Notes: a model not told the origin generated them from the sequence alone. DNA of 64,000 bases from a virus (IMGVR_UViG_3300006735_000022:1-64000); one strand, 5' to 3'. Numbered from the stretch's first letter, positions 18,092 to 26,887 are shown. Program-made: numbers and translations.

Positions 18092-19153
18092 ATGGGATAT
18101 AAACCACCAGCACACCCCGAATCATACACTGTGAACTGGTTGATTTTGGATAATCAACCTGTAGATTATATTAGGAGGATTGCTGAGTCTTTTGAGGCAC
18201 AGATGACCCGGCGTATGCCAGGTAGAGTATCGTTCAATGTCCTTACCCATGATCAGTTTGAGAAAGAATATGGTAAACCCGCTAATTTAGACACTGCATT
18301 AGATTTTTTATATAAAAACACCATCCAGATAGTTGTTTACCCCACTGCTGTGTTGGGTGAAAAGATTAGGGAAGCAATTCATAGAAAGATGAATAAAATT
18401 CCAGAGAAAATAACCCCTTGGTTTACTGGTGAGACTGATTATACGGCACTTGATATGCCATATGCTTTCAGGAGTGAACAGCATGCCAACTCGTTCTTCC
18501 AGAGTGGACCAGGTGAAAAAGTTCTCTACTATAATAACTTTTTGAACATAAAATCCATGGCAATTGTGCCTTGGGGATCTCGTAGAGTCATCGCTGGAGA
18601 TAAACCATTCACAACTCCAGAAGATTTTGAAGGTGCCAAGATCAAAACTCAGTATGGGACTGCATTAGAGCAGGATATCTTTGAATCTCTGGGTGCTGAG
18701 GTTAGTGGCGATGCTGATGCATATGAAACTGATTTGGTGAACTTGGACTCGTCTAAGAAATATGTTACTGAGTTGAATCACAGTATCAATGGGTATGTTG
18801 TGCTAGCATCTCACCCATTCTGGAGACATTCTGTCAAGTGTGAGTGTGACTATAGAGATCACACCCCAGAAGAAGAGGATCATTGCTTGAGAAAGCAGAT
18901 GAAGCGAGCATGTAATGAAGCAGCACGTGCCACTAGTATTTGGAACGATAGTGATACAGAAAACCTGAGGAATGATCTGAAAGAGAAGGGTGTTCAATTT
19001 TTCTCGATCGATGACATTGATGCGTTCAAAGAAAAGACTAGGGGTGTATATGATAAATACATGAGCAAATTTACTCCAACTCTTTTCGATAATATAAATG
19101 AAACATGTGACCAAGAAGAGTCGGTATGGTGCGATAAGATGACAGTCACTTGA
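18092..19153 (+). CDS. divergent TRAP solute-binding protein (DctP-like), no signal peptide
   Basis: ALDMPYAFRS, TPEDFEGAKIK, FESLGA, YVTELNH, AFKEKTRGVYDKY. Confidence 0.75.
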   Translation: MGYKPPAHPESYTVNWLILDNQPVDYIRRIAESFEAQMTRRMPGRVSFNVLTHDQFEKEYGKPANLDTALDFLYKNTIQIVVYPTAVLGEKIREAIHRKMNKIPEKITPWFTGETDYTALDMPYAFRSEQHANSFFQSGPGEKVLYYNNFLNIKSMAIVPWGSRRVIAGDKPFTTPEDFEGAKIKTQYGTALEQDIFESLGAEVSGDADAYETDLVNLDSSKKYVTELNHSINGYVVLASHPFWRHSVKCECDYRDHTPEEEDHCLRKQMKRACNEAARATSIWNDSDTENLRNDLKEKGVQFFSIDDIDAFKEKTRGVYDKYMSKFTPTLFDNINETCDQEESVWCDKMTVT

Positions 19154-19178
19154 CTTTGCCATCTCAACATCTTATAAT
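19150..19178 (+). promoter_or_regulatory. host sigma70-type promoter
   Basis: TTGACT-N17-TATAAT. Confidence 0.8.
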
Positions 19179-19244
19179 TACAGTGGAACGACGCCGCCAC
19201 CCAAATAAAAGATCGTCGGTAATATATTCAGTAAAACATTCAAA

Positions 19245-19499
19245 ATGTCTTTTGCATCCCCTAAGTGGTTTGAGCGTTTCCCTCGGACCATCGCCAAAGC
19301 CGTTACTTGGCGTTCCTGGATGATGGTCACCAACTCCGTGATTGGTTGGATCGTTGCCGGTAACCCTTGGAAAGGTCTTACCATCGGACTTATGGCACTT
19401 GTGATCAACTCAACGCTCTATCTGCTGCACGAGCGTCTGTGGAACCGTAACGACTGGAACCGTCGTACGACTTCTGCAACGGATCGTGTGGTCATCTGA
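19245..19499 (+). CDS. DUF2061-like small two-TM membrane protein
   Basis: RTIAKAVTWR ... LYLLHERLW signature. Confidence 0.75.
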   Translation: MSFASPKWFERFPRTIAKAVTWRSWMMVTNSVIGWIVAGNPWKGLTIGLMALVINSTLYLLHERLWNRNDWNRRTTSATDRVVI

Positions 19500-19518
19500 G
19501 CCACATATCTAGCAGGGA

Positions 19519-19526
19519 TATAAATA
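19519..19526 (+). promoter_or_regulatory. late promoter TATAAATA
   Basis: perfect T4 late consensus upstream of ATG 19555. Confidence 0.75.
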
Positions 19527-19554
19527 CTTCTAACTGTTCAAGGATAACCTACTA

Positions 19555-20550
19555 ATGAAAAAAGTACGTTGGGTGCTAGCACACGAACCAATTGAGCTCT
19601 TCCTGAGAGCTGCAAGGAAGTTTGCCCATATGATGGAGATGCTTGATCCTGGTTATCTGGAAGTGGAAATTCTTACACTTTCCGAGTATGCCGACAAGTA
19701 TAATGATGGAGTTGCAATCTCCAAGCATGATATCTTGCAGTTGATGAAGGATGGTAAGATCGAAATGTCACAGATGTACACGTCCACTCTTGGACGTGAG
19801 CATAATACAGACCTTCGGGTCCTCGACATGCCCTATCTGTTCCGTGATCATGAGCACGCACAGAAGGTTCTAGAGGGTGACATTGGTCGCGAACTTCTCA
19901 GTGGTCTCGATGACGAGGCTAAGGGGCATCGTAGCGTTCATGGTCTGGCATTCACCTATTCAGGTGGATTCCGCATGATCCCTGCTAATAAAAAGATTGA
20001 AAAAATTGAAGATTTCCAAGGGCTTCCCCTTCGCTGTAACAACTCTGACATTGCCAAAGAAACACTGAAGGCAGTCGGTGCTGTTCCTGTTCCTATTGAA
20101 CTTGAGCAAATCAACGAAGGCGTGCAAGACGGCGACATTATTGGTGGTGAATCCACATACCCTCGTTTCTTCGGTTTGAAGCAAAACGAGTGCATGAACA
20201 CTATCAATGATGCAGAGCACTCTCTCTTCCTGACGACTATCATTGCAGAGAAGGATTTCTGGACATCTCTGCCCAGAGAAAAGCGCCTGCATATCAAGAG
20301 AGCATCAATTCTTGCAGCACGTGCTGAGCGTATCTGGTCTGTCGAAGACATTGATGTTGTAAAGAGTAAGTGCGTTGATGAGAACATCGAAGTTGTTACG
20401 ATGTCCGACTCCGAAAGAGCACGTTTCAAAGAGGCTACACTGCCCCTCTATGACCAGTTCAAGGACAGCTTCCCTGCCGGTATGGTTGATCGCATCCGTG
20501 CAGAAGAAGGTTGTGGCATGGAATTTGGTCTAGATGACGACGATTGTTGA
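19555..20550 (+). CDS. dctP: TRAP solute-binding protein (DctP family), no signal peptide
   Basis: VLDMPYLFRDHEHA, GGFR, IEDFQGLPLR, GAVPVPI, FWTSLP, RFKEATLPLYDQF. Confidence 0.85.
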   Translation: MKKVRWVLAHEPIELFLRAARKFAHMMEMLDPGYLEVEILTLSEYADKYNDGVAISKHDILQLMKDGKIEMSQMYTSTLGREHNTDLRVLDMPYLFRDHEHAQKVLEGDIGRELLSGLDDEAKGHRSVHGLAFTYSGGFRMIPANKKIEKIEDFQGLPLRCNNSDIAKETLKAVGAVPVPIELEQINEGVQDGDIIGGESTYPRFFGLKQNECMNTINDAEHSLFLTTIIAEKDFWTSLPREKRLHIKRASILAARAERIWSVEDIDVVKSKCVDENIEVVTMSDSERARFKEATLPLYDQFKDSFPAGMVDRIRAEEGCGMEFGLDDDDC

Positions 20551-20567
20551 TCACAATCTGAGTGACC

Positions 20568-20596
20568 AAAAGGCAGGCGTTATGCCTGCCTTTTTT
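20568..20596 (+). terminator. rho-independent terminator
   Basis: AAAAGGCAGGC-GTTAT-GCCTGCCTTTTTT. Confidence 0.9.
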
Positions 20597-20618
20597 ATTG
20601 TTTACGTAAGGCCCCCCA

Positions 20619-21755
20619 ATGAGTTTGAAGCGAGATTATAGTCAACGTATATGGGCTAACCATGATTGGGACCATAAGTATTGTCCTGACCCTATTAGAT
20701 TTCCTCCCGACATTCAAAAACAGAGAGATACATTCTTTGATAAAGAGAATGCTCTGAACACTTACTTCATGACACGCATGATATGTCGTGCAGGTAGACT
20801 TCGTACTCGAAAAAAATATACAATCCTATCTCCTATCCTTCCCCGTGATGACCGCCATACTGATATGGACTTCGGGGATTGTGCAGATGAGTCAGCACTA
20901 GAGTGTATTAGAAAGGCAGATAATAGAAATGTAAATGTCCTGTGGTCAGGTGGTATTGATAGTACCGCAGTATTTTGGGCACTACAAAAAACTGGTCACC
21001 CATTCAATCTGCACTTTGATCCTGTTGCAGAGACAGAGCATCCTTTTTTGTGGGATCTTCTCCATAAGAATAAGTTTCCCCAAGTAACTTTGTGTAATAA
21101 TTATGGGATGGGACTCATTGATGATTATGCCGATGACCCAGACCATTACTTTGTTATGGGTGAACCTGGAGATAATATACACGGTGCAGGTAGGTCATTT
21201 ATCTTCAGTAAAGAACAAAGGAATGCTCCATACCATGAGAATGTTCCAGAGTATATTGACAAGATGTTGTTTCAGTCAGTAATGGAGGTACTCAATAAAC
21301 CTGATGCTAATTTGAAGCAATGGCATTGGGCAATGAGTTACACGTGTAAATATCAATATTGTATGCTTCGTTCTATTAGAAACTTTCATCTGTATTGTTA
21401 CGACCGTCCTGGTATCCCGGCAAACCTTCATCTTTTTTATGACACCCCTAATTTCAACAGGTGGTCTATTACAAATCAAACAGAGAATAGTGCATGGCAA
21501 GAACATCGTGAGTATAAGATGCCCGCTAAAGACTATTGTCTAGTAAATGGTGACTCTCAAGATTATAGGGATAATAAATTGAAAGTCCCATCATCTAACA
21601 GGGAACGTTTGACTATGTTTACTAAACCTTGTTCTGGTATGGTTGTAGATGAGGATTGGATGTTGGTTATCAAAAGAACTTTTGGTTCTTCAGCACCTGA
21701 TATTGAATACGGTGGTAGAACTCTAAGGAACGGAGAAGTAAGTAGACTACCATGA
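20619..21755 (+). CDS. N-type ATP pyrophosphatase, asparagine-synthetase-like synthetase domain only
   Basis: PP-loop VLWSGGIDST plus MGEPGDNIHG (compare AsnB SGEGADELFG); no N-terminal Cys glutaminase domain. Confidence 0.7.
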   Translation: MSLKRDYSQRIWANHDWDHKYCPDPIRFPPDIQKQRDTFFDKENALNTYFMTRMICRAGRLRTRKKYTILSPILPRDDRHTDMDFGDCADESALECIRKADNRNVNVLWSGGIDSTAVFWALQKTGHPFNLHFDPVAETEHPFLWDLLHKNKFPQVTLCNNYGMGLIDDYADDPDHYFVMGEPGDNIHGAGRSFIFSKEQRNAPYHENVPEYIDKMLFQSVMEVLNKPDANLKQWHWAMSYTCKYQYCMLRSIRNFHLYCYDRPGIPANLHLFYDTPNFNRWSITNQTENSAWQEHREYKMPAKDYCLVNGDSQDYRDNKLKVPSSNRERLTMFTKPCSGMVVDEDWMLVIKRTFGSSAPDIEYGGRTLRNGEVSRLP

Positions 21756-22759
21756 AAAGATCTAACACTCGGTTAGCAGATGTCAATGAAATTTTTTGTA
21801 CATTTCTTCTGAATAACAGACAATTTCCTGACCCTGCTACCGAAAGGGAATTCAAAAGGAAAGTTACTTTACTATCTGATAAAGAAATTGCAGAGCAGAC
21901 TGGTCGTGCTCGTGTGATGGTAAAGGAGTTCTTGAGGATAGCAGGTGCTAAGGGATATCAGTTTCCCAAAGCAGTTTATTGGACTGCTAGACCTGGTTTC
22001 AACTTCCAACAATTATTGGGTGTCAAAATAAACCAGAACAAGTTCCCTGCTGACATCCTAGTGGAGTTTAGGGGTGGTGGATTCCTTGGGTTCTCTGCAA
22101 AATCAACTACCAGTGGTGATGTGGGATTCAAAAACCCTGGTATGGGAACAGTTGATAGGGAATTGGGTATCAACAATACAGATTACGTCACAAAGCAAGA
22201 GCAAGTTATACGAAACGTGTATAAGGACTTTGGGCGTTTGAGTAATGAGTTGAGATCAAACCAAATGAGAAAATGGAAAGAGGCTGCAGACCCTAAGTTC
22301 CTTGATATATCACGTAGGGGATCTAAAGTAGAGACATACTGTAGGAATAGGTTGCTTACACGTCTCAATCAAATGGTTACTCAAGAAGAACGCAGAGATT
22401 ATATTATTGGTAGTTGGTTAGATGCCACTGATGCATATCCTCCTTATCTAAAAGTGACTGGTAATGGTACAGCAGAAGAAGTTCAATTGCCCATACCACT
22501 TCCTCCTGTTCCGTTCGCTCAACAAATTCTAAATTTAGTATTTCCTCCTGGTTGGGGAGGTAGGTTCACTGCAACGGTGTATGATCCTATGCAGAACAGT
22601 AAGATGGATGCATTGAACACTAAAAAGATTACATTCACCAAAGCAGGTAGTAATAGTATTGCGGTGAAGGCAGGACAGAAACCTCTGTTCAATATGAGAT
22701 ATAAGTTTTCCGGTTACAAATTTGCTAGTAGTATGAAACTCTCAGGAGACCCACGATGA
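21752..22759 (+). CDS. probable PD-(D/E)xK-fold endonuclease
   Basis: N-terminal NE, PADILV...GFSAK, FKNPG; basic protein. Confidence 0.5.
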   Translation: MKRSNTRLADVNEIFCTFLLNNRQFPDPATEREFKRKVTLLSDKEIAEQTGRARVMVKEFLRIAGAKGYQFPKAVYWTARPGFNFQQLLGVKINQNKFPADILVEFRGGGFLGFSAKSTTSGDVGFKNPGMGTVDRELGINNTDYVTKQEQVIRNVYKDFGRLSNELRSNQMRKWKEAADPKFLDISRRGSKVETYCRNRLLTRLNQMVTQEERRDYIIGSWLDATDAYPPYLKVTGNGTAEEVQLPIPLPPVPFAQQILNLVFPPGWGGRFTATVYDPMQNSKMDALNTKKITFTKAGSNSIAVKAGQKPLFNMRYKFSGYKFASSMKLSGDPR

Positions 22760-23058
22760 ACGAACTAATCGATTCCTTTATCGAAATTTATAGAGCAACA
22801 CCAGAGGGAAACCGAAGGATGTCGAAGAAGAGACAGATGGAAAGTTTCATGAGGTTTATACTCATGCTAACAGACAACAATAAATATAAGCAGTATCGCA
22901 CACCAATTTTGGTGTGGGTTCAGAACTATCAAAACCAAATTTACAGTAAACTCAGTGAAGAAGTTCTCGACCTTCATAACAGAAGCCAGAATAACAAAGG
23001 CATCGCAAGAAGCGAGGCGTTTGGGACTCGTCGGAGACGGTCACGGAGACTGGTATGA
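22756..23058 (+). CDS. hypothetical protein
   Basis: ATGA-coupled to the upstream gene; overlaps the next gene. Confidence 0.4.
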   Translation: MNELIDSFIEIYRATPEGNRRMSKKRQMESFMRFILMLTDNNKYKQYRTPILVWVQNYQNQIYSKLSEEVLDLHNRSQNNKGIARSEAFGTRRRRSRRLV

Positions 23059-23851
23059 TCGTCAGGGCAACCTGAAAGCGAAGACTGTAAAGGGTGAACT
23101 GGAGATGTTCTCTGGTCGCAATTCTGATGATGATGAACTAGGTACTGCTGGATCAAAAGCTGCCTCTGTTGTTGCTAGACGCACCAAAGGGGACGGTGAT
23201 GATTACGCTAGGAAGGTTGCTACTGGTGGTCCTTCTTCTGCAGAACCCAATCCTAATTCCGCAAATGGTCAAGCTAAAGCGGCACTGCAGCAGGTGAGTC
23301 GTGAGAACCCACTCACCATTGCGTTCGATAAGTTTGACAAGGATGAAATTACTGCTAACATACTAACCACAGTGGAAGAAATTTCCGGTGGTACATACTA
23401 TTATGTGTTCCCTAGCAGGGACACGAACATTCAGGAACTAAAAGATGCATATCCTGAGGTTGGCGATGCCTTCGTTGACGACCCCAATGCCGAGACCATC
23501 TACGATGTCCTCTCGTCGCTCTATGAAAACGGTTTTGATGCAATTAGTATCGTTGTACGACAGTCAAGAGCAAAAGAAATCTCAGAGTTAGCACTCAAAG
23601 CTAACGGACAACTCTACAATTATGTGATGTTGAATGTCATCCCAGTAGATGAGCGTACTGTTCGTGAGCAGTACATCGCTGGAGACATTTTTCAGAACGG
23701 AACCATGATTGAATCTAACGGTAAAGTGGGTCAAGTTTTCCGTAGAGGTGCCAATCATTTGATTTGTATGGGAGAAAATAAACAGGTTTTTAGGGCATGG
23801 ATTTCTGATGCTAAGCAGGTAGATAAGTTTCTGTTACCCCAAGACTTCTGA
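22955..23851 (+). CDS. cytidylyltransferase-like protein with degenerate active site and capsid-targeting-like N-terminus
   Basis: MKKFSTFITEA; GLVGDGHGDWYD; TIAFDKFD in place of FGRFNPPxxGH; C-terminal REQYIAGDIF...RGANHL. Confidence 0.6.
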   Translation: MKKFSTFITEARITKASQEARRLGLVGDGHGDWYDRQGNLKAKTVKGELEMFSGRNSDDDELGTAGSKAASVVARRTKGDGDDYARKVATGGPSSAEPNPNSANGQAKAALQQVSRENPLTIAFDKFDKDEITANILTTVEEISGGTYYYVFPSRDTNIQELKDAYPEVGDAFVDDPNAETIYDVLSSLYENGFDAISIVVRQSRAKEISELALKANGQLYNYVMLNVIPVDERTVREQYIAGDIFQNGTMIESNGKVGQVFRRGANHLICMGENKQVFRAWISDAKQVDKFLLPQDF

Positions 23852-23856
23852 GCACA

Positions 23857-23878
23857 CTAAATAATTGAACGGTAAATA
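23857..23878 (+). promoter_or_regulatory. tandem late promoters
   Basis: CTAAATA at 23857-23863 and GTAAATA at 23872-23878. Confidence 0.6.
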
Positions 23879-23889
23879 ACGTTCGTAAG

Positions 23890-25590
23890 ATGAGCAACCC
23901 TTGGGCACAGTCTTTTGATGACTTGCGTCGTCCTTATCTTGAGGAGAAAAAGGATCGTGACGGCGACGGTAAAGTAGAGTCAGATTCTAAAGAGCATGCT
24001 GGATTAGTTCACAATGCTATTCAGCGTGCTAAGGGTGGCAAGCCTGACGGTAAGGACACTCGTAAAGAAGCCTTTACTATGGCTGCTGACCCTGAGAAGA
24101 GGGCAATTCCTCGTCCTACTAAGAAGGCAGAGGATAAGAAAGGTAAGAGTTTGAAGTCTCGTGCCATCAAGGCAGTGGGAACTCAGCGTCGTCAAGACAA
24201 AGAAGTTGGTATTTCTGGTACGAAGAAGGAAGAGACTGAGTTCGCTGGTAATTACGAAGGTCCCCTTTACGCTCCCTGGACTAAAGTAGAGGAAGGTAAG
24301 AAGAAAGGACTCTGGGACAACATCCATGCCAAGCGTAAGCGTGGTGAGAAACCTGCCAAGAAGGGTGATAAGGACTATCCCAAGACTCTGAACGTTGAGA
24401 ATCAGCAGGTGGATGAAGATCTGGCAGGTATGGTTGATAAGGCAACCAAAGCAGGTCAAGCTGGTCTAGAGAAAATTGGTGTAAAAATCAATCGCACTCC
24501 GAGATCCACTGCTCGTCCTTCTCGCAAAGCCAGCGAGGTGATGCGTCAGAATAAGATGAGTAATGAGGAGCAAGAGCATGCTGATCAGGTAGAACTTCAG
24601 GGTGAGGCATACACCATCACCAATGCTGATGTAAAGGGTAACACTCCTGCATACCGCAACTACAAGGCGGGTATGAAGAGCAAGACCACCGGCAAACCAA
24701 TGTACAACTTGGCACCCCATGTAAAAATGGCTGACTCAGTTGAGTTGGAAGGTGATGCAATTGAAGAAGGCAGCATGAAGGCAGCACGTAAGAACGTGGG
24801 CGCTAGCACCTGCTGGAAAGGGTACAAGGCAAAGGGCACCAAGATGAAGGGCGGTAAGACTGTCCCCAACTGTGTCAAGGAATACTCCGACTGGCGGGAG
24901 GAGATGGGCGAAGGTTTTTTTTCCGAAGCCGCTAAGCGTCAACAGTCACTAGACATCAAGACGAGCGGCGTAAAAAATAAGGTTGAGATCAATCCCGAAC
25001 TCAAGACCGAAGGTGCATGCTCCGATAAACCCATGGAACGTCTGAAGACTGACCGTGATGGTTATCGTGTTCCTCAAAAAGATGCCGATGCTGCTAAGGC
25101 ACGGATCATGGCGAAGACCAAGAAGAAGCGTGAGCAGGCAAAGGAAAACATCATGAAGGGTCCTCTCCTTCCTGGTGAAGGTCGCAAGGTGTACCCCAAA
25201 GGTGCTGCTCCCAAGGCAACTGGTGCCAAACTTCCTCTTGCTAACTCCTACAATCCAATGCTGGACTCTGTAGAAGAGCAAGCACTCCAGATGATTGAGC
25301 GTACTCGTTTCGCTAAAGAGAAGGGTACAGATTCTCAGACTGGTAAAGAGTCTAAGAAAGGTGGTAAGAAACCATCCGGTGCATTTGCTGCAGTCAGTGC
25401 TGGTCTTCGTAAGTCCGGTGGCATGATGTCCTCTAGGGGTAAAGCAATCGCACCTCAAGGAAAGAAAAAAGAAAAAGGTGCCAAGGGTCCTAAAGGTGTA
25501 ACTCCTGTGGATAAGATCAAGGGTCAACTTGCTAAGAAGAGAGCACCCAAACCCAACCCATACAAGGCACGTGCTGGGGAGTCCGACTGA
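23890..25590 (+). CDS. Lys/Glu-rich modular protein, probable internal head protein
   Basis: short modules such as GLWDNIHAKRKRG and CWKGYK...VPNCVK separated by x-x-E sites; late promoter. Confidence 0.6.
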   Translation: MSNPWAQSFDDLRRPYLEEKKDRDGDGKVESDSKEHAGLVHNAIQRAKGGKPDGKDTRKEAFTMAADPEKRAIPRPTKKAEDKKGKSLKSRAIKAVGTQRRQDKEVGISGTKKEETEFAGNYEGPLYAPWTKVEEGKKKGLWDNIHAKRKRGEKPAKKGDKDYPKTLNVENQQVDEDLAGMVDKATKAGQAGLEKIGVKINRTPRSTARPSRKASEVMRQNKMSNEEQEHADQVELQGEAYTITNADVKGNTPAYRNYKAGMKSKTTGKPMYNLAPHVKMADSVELEGDAIEEGSMKAARKNVGASTCWKGYKAKGTKMKGGKTVPNCVKEYSDWREEMGEGFFSEAAKRQQSLDIKTSGVKNKVEINPELKTEGACSDKPMERLKTDRDGYRVPQKDADAAKARIMAKTKKKREQAKENIMKGPLLPGEGRKVYPKGAAPKATGAKLPLANSYNPMLDSVEEQALQMIERTRFAKEKGTDSQTGKESKKGGKKPSGAFAAVSAGLRKSGGMMSSRGKAIAPQGKKKEKGAKGPKGVTPVDKIKGQLAKKRAPKPNPYKARAGESD

Positions 25591-26651
25591 TGAAAAGTTT
25601 TAGGGAATTCCGCGAAGACGTAGAACTTACTGATGCATATGGTGATACCTTTGCCGTCATTCAGGATGTGGTAAAGGTAGAACCAATGAAACCCACATGG
25701 CAGGGCAACACAGACCTGCCTTATGCTCCAGTTTTTGACGATGGTCCTCCTTTGCAGGAGAACAACCCTCGTCGAACCGGAATCCCTAACAACCCTAATA
25801 TCCTACAGAGAATTGATGCAATGCTTCCGGGCAATGCAATGACATATCAGGGTTTCAGACAGCAAACTTACTCTCCCACCCCCTATAAAAGTCCTTATAC
25901 TGGACCAAACTATACGGGTAATAGGGTAGACGTTGATAACTATCGTGCTGGTGGTGGTAATGCTGCCATGGCAGGTGGTCAGACTGCTGATCAAGTTAGA
26001 GCACAGGGTGCTAAGAATTTGAAAGCAAGACCTAAGCAACCCAATGTTCATAATTGGACAGACAATGGCGTAAAAAATTATGCCGGTAGTCCTCCAATGA
26101 GATTCAAAGTGGGTGAATCTATCGTCCGTGAAGGAGTTGCCAAGTCACTTCAAGAAAAACCAGGTGATGGTTATCTTGGACCAACGATGAAGATCGGTGG
26201 CAAACCATATGGGATTCCAAATCCTATTCGTATCGCTCAAGATTACTCAGATACTAGACAAAGTATAGACCAAGCAAAGGTAGATTTCGCCAGGCGTCAT
26301 CGTGTTGGCAACGCATCAATGCCAAAATGGAAACCTTATAACAAACAAAACAGCACTGCTACTAAGGTTCTGCTTCCTGGTTTTGAGAAAGCTCGGCAGA
26401 AGGCATCGCAATATGAATCTGCTGCATGGCAGCGTAAGGAAGGTAAGAATAAGAAGGGTGGATTGAATGAAAAAGGACGCAAATCCTACGAACGCGAGAA
26501 TCCTGGTTCTGATCTCAAGGCTCCTCAACCTGAAGGGGGTCCTAGAAAGCGATCCTTCTGTGCGAGAATGGGTGGAGTCAAAGGACCAATGAAAAAACCT
26601 AACGGTGAACCTACTCGTAAGGCATTAGCACTTAGGAAGTGGAAGTGCTGA
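25590..26651 (+). CDS. modular protein, probable internal head protein
   Basis: MKSFREFRE N-terminus; C-terminal AWQRKEGK...RSFCARM...LRKWKC domain. Confidence 0.6.
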   Translation: MKSFREFREDVELTDAYGDTFAVIQDVVKVEPMKPTWQGNTDLPYAPVFDDGPPLQENNPRRTGIPNNPNILQRIDAMLPGNAMTYQGFRQQTYSPTPYKSPYTGPNYTGNRVDVDNYRAGGGNAAMAGGQTADQVRAQGAKNLKARPKQPNVHNWTDNGVKNYAGSPPMRFKVGESIVREGVAKSLQEKPGDGYLGPTMKIGGKPYGIPNPIRIAQDYSDTRQSIDQAKVDFARRHRVGNASMPKWKPYNKQNSTATKVLLPGFEKARQKASQYESAAWQRKEGKNKKGGLNEKGRKSYERENPGSDLKAPQPEGGPRKRSFCARMGGVKGPMKKPNGEPTRKALALRKWKC

Positions 26652-26683
26652 GTTGATATATAGTTTGATGTCCGCATCAATGA

Positions 26684-26887
26684 ATGATGGGTTTCCTACT
26701 TCCTTTAGCATCTAAAATTGTGATGGATGCTGTTGCCAAGATCCCCGAGAACGAGGAACTGGGCGAGATGATGATCAACGTTTGTGTCGCTATCCTTCGC
26801 AAAGCAGTTGCAATGACTAAAACTGAGATGGATGACATCCTTCTCGAACAAGTTGTTGCTGCTATCAAAGCAAAGGACGAGGACTGA
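26684..26887 (+). CDS. small conserved hypothetical protein
   Basis: FLLPLASKIV...TKTEMDD. Confidence 0.6.
   Translation: MMGFLLPLASKIVMDAVAKIPENEELGEMMINVCVAILRKAVAMTKTEMDDILLEQVVAAIKAKDED

Noticed and set aside
20619-21755. Assignment as QueC (7-deazaguanine DNA modification) or as a lasso-peptide cluster
   Set aside because: The QueC C-terminal Cys zinc motif is not evident, no queD/queE/folE/dpdA is in the window, and there is no lasso B protease or obvious precursor nearby.
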